From Xanthobacteraceae bacterium (GTDB lineage Bacteria; Pseudomonadota; Alphaproteobacteria; Rhizobiales; Xanthobacteraceae), in the NCBI GenBank assembly GCA_022844205.1, contig JALHMF010000004.1, forward strand, positions 52,979 to 116,978: a DNA stretch of 64,000 bases. The letters run 5' to 3'. The position numbers and the translations under genes are program-made. The notes below the pieces were generated by a model. The model ran no database searches. It was given only the letters and a program-made list of their open reading frames with translations, and had not been told where the DNA came from. This document shows, piece after piece, positions 1-8,388 of the stretch. Numbering within the stretch: position 1 is the stretch's first letter; each line of letters begins with the position of its first letter.

Positions 1-2
1 TC

Positions 3-236
3 GGGGAAGTCGGCAGAGAACCCATTGAAAGCCGTTATGGTTTTCACGTTGTTCTGGTGGACCAGCGGATCGAGGGAAAAGAGCTTCCCTTCGATCTCGT
101 GCAAGACCGTATTGCTGGCTGGCTGACGGAAAAAGTGCAACGGACCGCTGTTGCCCAGTATCTTTCGATTCTGGCCGGCAGTGCTGACATCCAGGGAGTT
201 GAGATCAAGGCGACGAAATCGCCTCTCGTACAATAA
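3..236 (+). CDS. 3' end of a parvulin-type peptidyl-prolyl isomerase gene (5' end lies outside the window)
   Basis: Frame 3 is open from the window edge to TAA at 234-236. It translates as GEVGREPIESRYGFHVVLVDQRIEGKELPFDLVQDRIAGWLTEKVQRTAVAQYL. The YGFHVV block resembles PpiC/parvulin rotamase domains. Confidence 0.5.
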   Translation, partial: GEVGREPIESRYGFHVVLVDQRIEGKELPFDLVQDRIAGWLTEKVQRTAVAQYLSILAGSADIQGVEIKATKSPLVQ

Positions 237-383
237 GGGCAGATTATTGTTCGAAAACAACCAAGGGGGCCGCCCGTTTGAACCTAATCTTGAAAGGAGC
301 AGCGGCGCGTAGGTCAGACAATTTGCTGGCTTCCAACGAGCTGGACATGGAACATTATCGGGCTGTCGCGCATCGGTGACAAA

Positions 384-1112
384 ATGACTCTCGACCAACT
401 TTTCGATCGAAACGTTGCATGGGCGCTGAAGAAGACCCAGGAAGACCCAACCTTCTTCGTTCGTATGGCCGAGCAACAATCGCCTAAATATCTTTGGATC
501 GGCTGCTCCGATAGTCGGGTGACCGCGAACGACGTTCTAGGCCTTGATCCGGGCGAGGTCTTCGTCCAACGCAATATCGCCAATGTTGTGCACACGAGCG
601 ACATGAATTTACTCGCCGTGCTGGAATACGCGATTGAGATTCTCAAGGTTGAGCACGTGATTGTCTGTGGTCACTACGGTTGCGGCGGCATCCAGCGTGC
701 GCTGGGCGGAGACCGCTCCGCCCTGGTCGATCATTGGCTACAGCCAATCGTGATGCTTTATCGAAAACATCGTTCGACTTTCGACGCTATTGCTGATCAT
801 CACGCCCGTGTCGATCGGATGTGCGAACTCAATATAGAGATGCAGGTTCGCCGCGTCGCCTCGATTCCCACTGTCGAGAATGCTTGGGCTCGTGGTCAGA
901 AACTCCAGCTTTATGGCTGGATCTACGGCATGCATGATGGACTGCTGCGTGATCTCGGGCCAACGCTCGCTTCGGTCGCCGAGCGCGATGCACTTATCAG
1001 TATTGACGACCGCGTTCATAAACCCGCCGAACCGAAAAGCGGTGTGCGCCGCCATGCAATAGACGCCTTTAGCGCGCTCGGGTCTGGAAGTTGCGTAACT
1101 TGCCGTGACTAG
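384..1112 (+). CDS. can: beta-class carbonic anhydrase
   Basis: 242-aa ORF. KYLWIGCSDSRV and HVIVCGHYGCGG are the Zn-ligand Cys/His/Cys blocks of Can/CynT-type beta carbonic anhydrases. Confidence 0.9.
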   Translation: MTLDQLFDRNVAWALKKTQEDPTFFVRMAEQQSPKYLWIGCSDSRVTANDVLGLDPGEVFVQRNIANVVHTSDMNLLAVLEYAIEILKVEHVIVCGHYGCGGIQRALGGDRSALVDHWLQPIVMLYRKHRSTFDAIADHHARVDRMCELNIEMQVRRVASIPTVENAWARGQKLQLYGWIYGMHDGLLRDLGPTLASVAERDALISIDDRVHKPAEPKSGVRRHAIDAFSALGSGSCVTCRD

Positions 1113-1286
1113 CCTGAAATCAGACCGATAGGATTCCATTTCCCGCTTGCATCGATCAAACTCATATTCGTCTTTAAAATATCCTTTGTCCCTTGTCAGA
1201 ACACACCGGTCGTTGGACAAGGATGCGCCGTTCTCTCGCCGGTTCAGCCCATCGGATGCATTGATTCACAATCGTTCATGGATGGA

Positions 1287-1329
1287 CTTCATCACCAATA
1301 TTGCAGAATCTAGTTTTCGGTACAGACAG
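1287..1329. repeat. copy A of a ~43-nt repeated motif (second copy at 20844-20885)
   Basis: cttcatcaccaatattgcagaatctagttttcggtacagacag aligns with 20844-20885 at 37 of 43 positions with one 1-nt gap. Both copies lie in non-coding DNA. Confidence 0.6.
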
Positions 1330-1350
1330 TCCTTTTTTGGACGAGAAGTT

Positions 1351-3735
1351 TCAGACCTTGCCCATCGCCTTCAAAATATCCTGCGGTGTGACGGGCTGAG
1401 CGGCAACATTCGCTTTGAACGGCGAAAGCGCATCGTTGATCGCGTTCACGACCGCGGCGGGGGCGCCCGCGGTGCCGGCTTCGCCGGCACCCTTGGCGCC
1501 AAGCTCGGATGAAGCCGTCGGCGACACCACGTGGGTAACGTCGATGTCCGGCATCTCCGAGGCCATCGGCACGAGATAATCCGCCATGGTCGCATTCAGC
1601 ATCTGGCCGTTCTCGTCGTAGCGGCAGACTTCGAACAGGGCCGCGCCGATTCCCTGCACGATCCCGCCACGAACTTGCTCATCGACAAGTTGCGGGTTCA
1701 GCACCGTTCCGCAATCCTCCACGCACCAGTGCTTCAGAAGCTTTACGAATCCGGTGTCCGTATCCACCTCGAGATAGGACGCCTGAATGCCGTTCGTGAA
1801 CGCAAACGGATAATCCTTCGGCACATAATGCCGCGTCACCACGAATTCCGGCTTGAGATCGGCGGGCAGCGTATCGGGACGGAAATAGGCGACGCGGCCG
1901 AGTTCCGCGAGCGGCATGCGCTCGTTGCCGTTCGCCTTGTCCACGATCTTGCCGTCGCGGACGTCCAGCGTGCCGGGCGCGGCCTGAAGAATGACGCCGG
2001 CGACTTCGAGAATATTTTCGCGCAAGGCCTTGCCCGATTGCCAGGCGGCTTCGCCGCCGATGCCCGCCGCACGGCAGGCCCAGGTGCCGCCGCCATAAGG
2101 AGTGGTGTCGGTGTCGCCGGTAATCACGCGGACATCGGACAGCGGTACGCCGACCGCTGTGGCGACCACCTGTGCGATGACCGCCTCGGTCCCCTGACCC
2201 TGTTCGGTGACGCCGATGGAAGCAATAACACCGCCCTGCGGATTGAGGCGCAATGTGCAGCCATCCTGCGATGAGATGCGCGCTCCGCCGACGCCGTAGA
2301 ACGCAGCAGAGGGATTGGTAATCTCGATGAAGGTCGCGATTCCGATCCCGCGATGAATCCCCTTCTTGCGCAGTTCCGCTTGCTCCTTCCGGAGTGAGTC
2401 GTAATCCATCATCGAAAGCAGTTTTTTCAGCGACTGCTGATGCGAGAGCTTTTCGAACTTGATGCCGGACGCCGCGACCGAAGGGTGCGCGTCATCGGCG
2501 ATTACATTTTTTTCGCGAACCTTGGCGGGGTCCATTTTGATCGCGGCGGCGGCAAGATCGATCAGTCCTTCCGTCACCATCACCGCGATGGGATGACCCA
2601 CGGCGCGGTATTGGCACATCGGCACCTTGTTCTGGAAAACGACACGGGCCCGCGCGCGGTAATTCTTGTGCCTGTAGGGGCCGCCCGTGAGGTTGACGAC
2701 CTGATTGGCTTCGACTGCACTCGTCCGCGGATAGACGGAGTAAGGACCGATGCCGGTCAGATCGTCGATCTCAAAGCCGAGAATTTCTCCGTCGGCGGCA
2801 ATCGCCATCTTGCCCTTTACGCGATGATCGCGGGCGTGAATGTCGGAGACGAAGGATTCCATCCGGTCCGCAATGAACTTCACCGGGCGCTTGAGAATCT
2901 TGGCGATGGCAACCGTCGCCATTTCGTCGGGATAGATGTGGACCTTGATTCCAAACGAGCCGCCGACGTCTTTGCAGACGACACGCACGCTCGCTTCCGG
3001 CAAATCCAGATGCTTGCAGACGATGTCCTGCATCATGTGCGGAGCCTGGAAGGAATGATAGATCGTGAATTTCTCTTCACCGTCGTTCCAGTCGGCAAGG
3101 ATCGCGCGCGGCTCCAACGTAACGCCGGTATGGCGGCCGATCTGGAACGTCTGTTCCACGACAGCCGCCGCATTCCTGAATGCGGTATCGACATCGCCCA
3201 CATCGAGCGTTCGCTCGAAGGCGAGATTGTCGCCAAGCTCCGGATGAATGACCGGCGTCGATGGATCGAGTGCCGCTTCCATGTCCACGGCCGCCGGCAG
3301 CGGATCGAGATCGGCCTCTATCAGGGCGATGGCATCTTCCGCCTGTGCGCGGGTTTCGGCGACAACCGCGCAGATCGCTTCGCCGGTCCAGCACGCACGG
3401 TCGAGCGGGAGCGCATATTGAGGCGCCGATTTCAGCCCCTTGAAATGGCTGAGTACCGCGACCCACGGCGTACAGACTTTGGCGAGATCGGCACCGGTAA
3501 ACACGCCGATTACGCCCGGTGCGGCTTTAGCGGCGTCGAGATTGAAGCCGCGAATTTTTGCATGCGCGTGCGGCGAGCGCAGGAAAGCAATATGCGCAAG
3601 CCGGGGAAGACGAATATCGTCGACATAGGTGCCGCGTCCCATGACAAGCCGGCGCGCATTCGGGCGCGGGACCGAGCGGCCGATATAGCTATTCGGCCGG
3701 TCGAGAAACGTCAGGCCGCTGTCGCGCGCGTTCAT
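1351..3735 (-). CDS. molybdopterin-binding large subunit of a xanthine dehydrogenase/CoxL-family hydroxylase (copy 1)
   Basis: 794-aa ORF that is colinear with, and by eye more than half identical to, the copy at 12210-14573. Its start overlaps the stop of the upstream 2Fe-2S gene. The loop equivalent to the CoxL active site reads QYRAVGHP, not AYxCSFR. Confidence 0.9.
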   Translation of the reverse strand: MNARDSGLTFLDRPNSYIGRSVPRPNARRLVMGRGTYVDDIRLPRLAHIAFLRSPHAHAKIRGFNLDAAKAAPGVIGVFTGADLAKVCTPWVAVLSHFKGLKSAPQYALPLDRACWTGEAICAVVAETRAQAEDAIALIEADLDPLPAAVDMEAALDPSTPVIHPELGDNLAFERTLDVGDVDTAFRNAAAVVEQTFQIGRHTGVTLEPRAILADWNDGEEKFTIYHSFQAPHMMQDIVCKHLDLPEASVRVVCKDVGGSFGIKVHIYPDEMATVAIAKILKRPVKFIADRMESFVSDIHARDHRVKGKMAIAADGEILGFEIDDLTGIGPYSVYPRTSAVEANQVVNLTGGPYRHKNYRARARVVFQNKVPMCQYRAVGHPIAVMVTEGLIDLAAAAIKMDPAKVREKNVIADDAHPSVAASGIKFEKLSHQQSLKKLLSMMDYDSLRKEQAELRKKGIHRGIGIATFIEITNPSAAFYGVGGARISSQDGCTLRLNPQGGVIASIGVTEQGQGTEAVIAQVVATAVGVPLSDVRVITGDTDTTPYGGGTWACRAAGIGGEAAWQSGKALRENILEVAGVILQAAPGTLDVRDGKIVDKANGNERMPLAELGRVAYFRPDTLPADLKPEFVVTRHYVPKDYPFAFTNGIQASYLEVDTDTGFVKLLKHWCVEDCGTVLNPQLVDEQVRGGIVQGIGAALFEVCRYDENGQMLNATMADYLVPMASEMPDIDVTHVVSPTASSELGAKGAGEAGTAGAPAAVVNAINDALSPFKANVAAQPVTPQDILKAMGKV

Positions 3736-4241
3736 GAAGCCGTTCCTTTTTTGCTTGAGCGGGATTTTGCGACGGTTTCAATCGCGTCCACGATGGCGTG
3801 ATAGCCGGTGCAGCGGCAATAATTACCGGAGATCGCGTCGCGGATTTCCTCGCGCGTGGGCTTTGCATTTCGATCAAGCAGTTCGACGGCCGTCATCAAC
3901 ATGCCCGGCGTGCAGTAGCCGCATTGCAGGGCGTTGCGATTCAGGAACTCTTCCTGCAAATCGGCTGCCTTGCTGCTGTCGGTCAGCCCTTCGATGGTTT
4001 CCACCGTTGCTCCATCCGCTTGCACGGCGAGCATCAAGCAGCCGCGAACGGTCAAGCCGTCCACGCGGATGGTGCAGGCACCGCATACGCCGTGCTCGCA
4101 GCCAAGATGCGAACCGGTCAGGCCGAGAGTCTCGCGGAGAAAATCGACAAGATGCATCCTTGCGGCAACGGAGCGTGTCACACGCTCTCCATTCACGGTA
4201 AGGGTGATGTTCCGTTCGAGGTTGGTGGCCTGCCTGTTCAT
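3732..4241 (-). CDS. (2Fe-2S)-binding small subunit of the Mo hydroxylase (copy 1)
   Basis: 169 aa from the ATG at 4241 (MNRQATNLERNITLTVNGERV). The CEHGVCGACT and CGYCTPG cysteine blocks are of CoxS type. The 239-aa ORF in the track is an N-terminal over-extension. Confidence 0.9.
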   Translation of the reverse strand: MNRQATNLERNITLTVNGERVTRSVAARMHLVDFLRETLGLTGSHLGCEHGVCGACTIRVDGLTVRGCLMLAVQADGATVETIEGLTDSSKAADLQEEFLNRNALQCGYCTPGMLMTAVELLDRNAKPTREEIRDAISGNYCRCTGYHAIVDAIETVAKSRSSKKGTAS

Positions 4242-4260
4242 TTCGGATTTCACCCTAAAG

Positions 4261-5097
4261 TCACGACATGGATGCAACGACGCGGCCCAAGAGCACGCGC
4301 GCGAAATGCAGTTTGGTGGCCGCTGAATTCTCCGCGTCTTCGCTCGGCGACAGGTCAGAGGCGAGGACCGCTTGCGCATCCGCCATGCTTTTGTCGGCGA
4401 GCAGCGCTTCCGATGCGTTTGCGGCGAGCACGGGATGATCGCCGACTCCAAAATAGGAAAGGTTCAACTGCGACCAGCTGCTTCCCTTACGCACACCCTG
4501 TGCGGCGAGGCCGACAATTGCGTAATCGCCATGACGCCGCACGAGTTCGGAAAAGCCGGAAAGCGATCCGGCCGCAGGCAGCGGAATCTCGATGGCCGTC
4601 AGCACTTCGTTCTGCTTGAGGTCCGTCTCGAACAGCCCTTTGAAGAATGTTTTGACCGGAATTTTGCGCTCACCCTTGCTGCTCGCCGCAGTCATGGTCG
4701 CGTTGAGGGCGAGGCAGCAGGCCGGCAGTTCCGTTGCCGGATCGGACAGCGCCAGCGAACCGCCGATGGTGCCGCGATTGCGAATTGCCATGTGGGCGAT
4801 GTGCGGCACCGCCTTTGCGATCAGCGGCAGTTTTGCCGCGATCAGAGGCGATGCGCCAAGATCGAGATGACGCGTGAGTGCACCGATGCGAATGGTGCCG
4901 CCGCTCTCCGTGATCGTGTTCAAGCCGGCGATGCCGTTGATGTCGATCAGCAGCGTCGGGTTCGACAGCCGCATGTTGAGGCCTGCGATGAGGCTTTGGC
5001 CGCCCGCAAGCAGGCGTGCGTCCTCGTTCTTCTCGAGGAGGGCGAAAACCTCCGGTAATGAAGCTGGTTTGGCGTAGCCTACTTCTGACGCCTTCAC
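4261..5097 (-). CDS. FAD-binding medium subunit of the Mo hydroxylase (copy 1, CoxM/XdhB type)
   Basis: 278 aa with LLAGGQSLIAGLNMRL and RNRGTIGGSLA FAD-binding blocks. It lies 19 nt upstream of the 2Fe-2S gene, giving the order FAD, FeS, Mo. Confidence 0.9.
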   Translation of the reverse strand: MKASEVGYAKPASLPEVFALLEKNEDARLLAGGQSLIAGLNMRLSNPTLLIDINGIAGLNTITESGGTIRIGALTRHLDLGASPLIAAKLPLIAKAVPHIAHMAIRNRGTIGGSLALSDPATELPACCLALNATMTAASSKGERKIPVKTFFKGLFETDLKQNEVLTAIEIPLPAAGSLSGFSELVRRHGDYAIVGLAAQGVRKGSSWSQLNLSYFGVGDHPVLAANASEALLADKSMADAQAVLASDLSPSEDAENSAATKLHFARVLLGRVVASMS

Positions 5098-5144
5098 GAT
5101 CGCCTCCCTTGGCGTATTCTACTGACTGGCTTTTTCTTATTTAT

Positions 5145-5159
5145 CTAATTATCAATTAG
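5145..5159. promoter_or_regulatory. perfect 6-3-6 inverted repeat CTAATTatcAATTAG in the divergent promoter region; candidate TetR operator
   Basis: It lies in the 99-bp AT-rich gap between the Mo-hydroxylase operon (minus strand) and the TetR gene (plus strand). It contains the TTATCA half-site also seen at 10826-10839. Confidence 0.5.
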
Positions 5160-5196
5160 AACGTCGAACCCTCCTCCTGTCAACGACGGACGCCCC

Positions 5197-5886
5197 GTGC
5201 GACGCAAGCCCAAGGTGCTTCCCCAGAAGGTACGCCGCATGAACCCGCTTGAGCGGAAACGGCATATTGTAGAGGGAGCGATCGACTTTTTCGCGGAGGC
5301 GGGGATCGAAGGCCAGACCCGCGAACTCGCGGCCCGACTCGGCATCACCCAGCCGCTGCTCTATCGGTATTTTCCGAGCAAGGAAGACCTGCTGGAGCAG
5401 GTCTATCAGGATCTCTACTTGAAACGATGGAAGCCGGAGTGGGAGGCGCTGATTGGCGATCGTTCTCTGCCCATCGGCGAGCGGTTTCGCCGCTTCGAGA
5501 AGGATTACCAGAAAACCATTCTTACCTATGATTGGCTGCGGATTTTCTTCTCCGCCGGCCTGAAGGGATTTGCCTTGCCTGGCCGTTATTTGGGACGTGT
5601 GCGCGAACGCATCTTTGCGCCGGTGCTCACCGAATTCCGCCGGGAGTTCGGCCTTCCGTCGCCAGCACGGCTGCCGTTAAGCGACCGCGAATTCGAGTTG
5701 ATGTACGGCATTCACGGCGCGCTGGTTTACGTTGGCATCCGCAAGTACATTTATAATATGAAGGTGGCGTCCGATCAGGAACTCGTGTTCGACATGCAGA
5801 TCGATGCATTTCTGGGCGGGCTCGAACCGGTCATGCGGCGGCTTGCGAATGCCGAGATCGCCAATCGGGGAAGGGCAAAGTCGTAG
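5197..5886 (+). CDS. TetR/AcrR-family transcriptional regulator (paralogue 1)
   Basis: 229-aa ORF from GTG 5197, with an alternative ATG at 5239. The HTH block GQTRELAARLGITQPLLYRYFPSKEDLL is nearly identical to that of the regulator at 9893-10561. Confidence 0.85.
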   Translation: MRRKPKVLPQKVRRMNPLERKRHIVEGAIDFFAEAGIEGQTRELAARLGITQPLLYRYFPSKEDLLEQVYQDLYLKRWKPEWEALIGDRSLPIGERFRRFEKDYQKTILTYDWLRIFFSAGLKGFALPGRYLGRVRERIFAPVLTEFRREFGLPSPARLPLSDREFELMYGIHGALVYVGIRKYIYNMKVASDQELVFDMQIDAFLGGLEPVMRRLANAEIANRGRAKS

Positions 5887-5918
5887 CCGGTGCGAAACAA
5901 GTCGTGTCGTATTAAATA

Positions 5919-5928
5919 ATCAATTGAT
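5919..5928. promoter_or_regulatory. perfect 10-bp palindrome ATCAATTGAT upstream of the VOC/monooxygenase genes; candidate operator
   Basis: It lies in the 62-bp AT-rich gap between the TetR stop and the VOC start, about 20 nt upstream of the RBS GGAGGAAG. Confidence 0.45.
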
Positions 5929-5948
5929 CAATAAAACCGGAGGAAGAA

Positions 5949-6392
5949 ATGCTCACGCTGCTCTCTCATTATAATGTGCGCACCCGCCGCACTGCGGAAA
6001 CCCGCGACTTCTATGTGACGGTGCTGGGCCTGCGTGAAGGTCCGCGCCCTGAATTTCCGTTCCCGGGTCACTGGCTGTATTGCGGCGAGCAGGATGTGCT
6101 GCACATCGCGGGCATCGTCGATAACGACCCCGGCCTTCAGCAGTATCTGGGCGATCGTGGCGATGCGGGCGGGGCGGAACTGCGCGGCGGCGGCGCCATC
6201 GATCATGTTGCCTTCACCGCGAAGGATGCGATGGCGATGGCGAAACATTTCGTGCAGCACAAGATTGCCGCCCGCCACCGGCGCGTACCGAACATGGACC
6301 TCTATCAGATTTTTCTGGAAGACCCGAACGGAATCACGATCGAATTGAATTTCCCCGGCGAGAACCCTCCTGCGACTATTCCGGGCGCGTAA
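5949..6392 (+). CDS. VOC-family protein (glyoxalase/extradiol dioxygenase fold)
   Basis: 147 aa. The blocks HYNVRTRRTAETRDFYVTVLGL, IDHVAF and QIFLEDPNGITIELNF follow the pattern of paired beta-alpha-beta-beta-beta VOC modules. Confidence 0.7.
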   Translation: MLTLLSHYNVRTRRTAETRDFYVTVLGLREGPRPEFPFPGHWLYCGEQDVLHIAGIVDNDPGLQQYLGDRGDAGGAELRGGGAIDHVAFTAKDAMAMAKHFVQHKIAARHRRVPNMDLYQIFLEDPNGITIELNFPGENPPATIPGA

Positions 6393-6413
6393 TCCACTCC
6401 AGAGTGCGCGTAC

Positions 6414-7610
6414 ATGCCCAGAGCGGTCATCGTCGGCGGTTCACTGGCGGGATTGTTCGCCGGCCTCTTCCTGCGGCGGATCGGCTGGGATGTATCCATC
6501 CATGAACGCGTCGGCGAGGAACTCGGCGCGCGCGGTGCCGGAATCGTCACGCATGACGATTTGCAGGAGAAGCTGGCGCTGGCGTCGGGACAAACCGAGC
6601 CGATCGGTGTTCCGGTCGTCGGACGCGTCGTTCTCGATGCCCGTGGCGGCGTGGTTTGCCAAACCGAGCGGCCGCAACGGCTTGCCTCCTGGGATCGGCT
6701 CTGGCGTGTTCTGCGCGACAAGGCCGAAGAAATCTATCGGCCGGGAAGTGCATTTGTTTCGTTAACGCAGCACGGCAACAAGGTAGCGGTGCAGTTTGCA
6801 GGCGGCGAAAGCATCGCGGCTGATCTGCTTGTGTGCGCCGACGGTATCCGCTCCACGGCGCGGAAATTCCTGCTGCCGGACGTGGCGCCGCGCTATGCGG
6901 GCTACGTTGCCTGGCGCGGTTTGGTGGATGAAGAGAAACTTTCGTCGGAAACACGCACAATCTTGATGGACCGTTTCGGTTTTTGCCTTCCGCCGGGCGA
7001 GCAGATGCTCGGCTATCCGGTGGACGGCGCAGCGCGCGATGCAAGGCGCTACAATTATGTCTGGTATCGCCCCGCCGATCGCGAGCGCGATTTTCCAAGG
7101 CTGTTCGAGGGGGCCGACGGAAAATTCTACGGTGATGCAATCCCGCCGGGCCTCCTGAAGGAGGACGTGCTCGCGGACATGCGTAGGGCTGTGGAAAATA
7201 CGCTCGCGCCCGCATTTGCCGAGATTGTGCGCAATACCCCGCAACCCTTGCTGCAGGCGATTTCCGATCTGGAAGTGCCACGCATGGTGCTAGGCCGTGC
7301 CGCGATCATTGGGGACGCCGCCTTCGTCGCGCGCCCGCATGTCGGCATGGGCGTCACCAAAGCAGCAGGCGATGCGTATGCGCTTGCGGCTGCACTCGAG
7401 AACAATCCAGATATTGACGCCGCACTCGCCGGCTTCGATCGCGAGCGGACGGCGTTCGGTGCGCGCATCATCCGGCGCGCACGGCATCTTGGTGCCTATA
7501 TGCAGTCGCAGCTCGCCAACGAGGAAGAGCGCATGCATGCGGAACGGCATCGCAGCCCGGAAGCGGTGATGCGGGAAACAGCCTCAATGCACGGCATTGA
7601 ACAATGGTGA
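6414..7610 (+). CDS. FAD-dependent aromatic-ring monooxygenase, 2,6-dihydroxypyridine 3-hydroxylase-like
   Basis: 398 aa. It has the GxGxxG block AVIVGGSLAGLFAGL. The blocks PRYAGYVAWRGLV and AAIIGDAAFVARPHVGMGVTKAAGDA match my recollection of the Arthrobacter DHPH family blocks (PTYAGYVTWRGV; LIGDAAVTPRPHAAAGGAKA). Confidence 0.75.
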   Translation: MPRAVIVGGSLAGLFAGLFLRRIGWDVSIHERVGEELGARGAGIVTHDDLQEKLALASGQTEPIGVPVVGRVVLDARGGVVCQTERPQRLASWDRLWRVLRDKAEEIYRPGSAFVSLTQHGNKVAVQFAGGESIAADLLVCADGIRSTARKFLLPDVAPRYAGYVAWRGLVDEEKLSSETRTILMDRFGFCLPPGEQMLGYPVDGAARDARRYNYVWYRPADRERDFPRLFEGADGKFYGDAIPPGLLKEDVLADMRRAVENTLAPAFAEIVRNTPQPLLQAISDLEVPRMVLGRAAIIGDAAFVARPHVGMGVTKAAGDAYALAAALENNPDIDAALAGFDRERTAFGARIIRRARHLGAYMQSQLANEEERMHAERHRSPEAVMRETASMHGIEQW

Positions 7611-7618
7611 AGCGCGGA

Positions 7619-8386
7619 TTATTCCGCGGTCCAGCCGCCGTCGATCACAATCGAAGTGCCGGTAATCAGGCTGGAAGCGTCGCTCGCGAGCAGCACGACG
7701 GCGCCCATGATGTCTTCGATCTTGCCGAGACGCCCGAGCTTGATCTTCGAGAGCACATCGGCCTTGAACGTGGCGTTTTCAAAAAACGGCTTCGTCATCG
7801 GCGTTTCGATGAAGGTGGGCGCGATCGTGTTCGCGCGAATGCCGAAAGGCGCGAGGTCAATCGCCATCGCTTTGGTCCAGCCCTCCATCGCCCATTTTGA
7901 AGCGCAATAAACGCTGCGGTTGGCGGCGCCGACATGCCCCATCTGCGAAGAGATGTTGATGATGGAGCCGGGCCTGCCCGCTTTCTTCAGCCGCTTCGCG
8001 ACGGCCTGTGCGGTGAAGAACGCTGCACGCGCATTCAAATTCATGACGCGGTCGAAATCCGCGGCCTGCACATCGATGAAGGGTGCCGGCTTGTTGGTGC
8101 CTGCATTGTTCACGAGGATGTCGAACGGTGCTTCACTCGCCATGAATTTCGAGACCTGATCGATGTCGGTCACGTCCAGTGCCGCCGCGGCCACGCTTGC
8201 GCGATGCTCCTTTGCAATCGCATCCGCGGCCGCCTTCACTTCATAGAAGGAGCGCGCGGCGAGCGTCACATGCGCACCCGCATGCGCGAGTGCGGTGGCG
8301 CAGCCGAGGCCGAGCCCGCGCCCAGCGCCGGTGACCAGCGCCCGTTTCCCGCGCAGATCGAACGATGGCGGTTGCGGAAGGTCCAT
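7619..8386 (-). CDS. classical short-chain dehydrogenase/reductase (SDR)
   Basis: 255 aa from the ATG at 8386 (MDLPQPPSFDLRGKRALVTGAGRGLGLG). It carries TGxxxGxG, NNAG and the catalytic YCASK. The start lies 2 nt after the stop of the upstream HisD-like gene. Confidence 0.9.
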   Translation of the reverse strand: MDLPQPPSFDLRGKRALVTGAGRGLGLGCATALAHAGAHVTLAARSFYEVKAAADAIAKEHRASVAAAALDVTDIDQVSKFMASEAPFDILVNNAGTNKPAPFIDVQAADFDRVMNLNARAAFFTAQAVAKRLKKAGRPGSIINISSQMGHVGAANRSVYCASKWAMEGWTKAMAIDLAPFGIRANTIAPTFIETPMTKPFFENATFKADVLSKIKLGRLGKIEDIMGAVVLLASDASSLITGTSIVIDGGWTAE

Positions 8387-8388
8387 GG

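Noticed and set aside
2440-3801. 453-aa ORF on the plus strand, and similar long plus-strand ORFs over 1531-5058
   Set aside because: They are antisense to the Mo hydroxylase copy 1 genes. Their translations are Arg/Gly/Asp/His-rich with no recognisable domains.
1351-5097. Interpretation as aerobic carbon monoxide dehydrogenase (coxMSL)
   Set aside because: The gene order matches coxMSL and a CoxG-like gene exists in copy 2. However, neither large subunit carries the form I signature AYxCSFR. Both read [QN]YRAVGHP, and no coxDEF maturation genes are present. They are called generic Mo hydroxylases instead.
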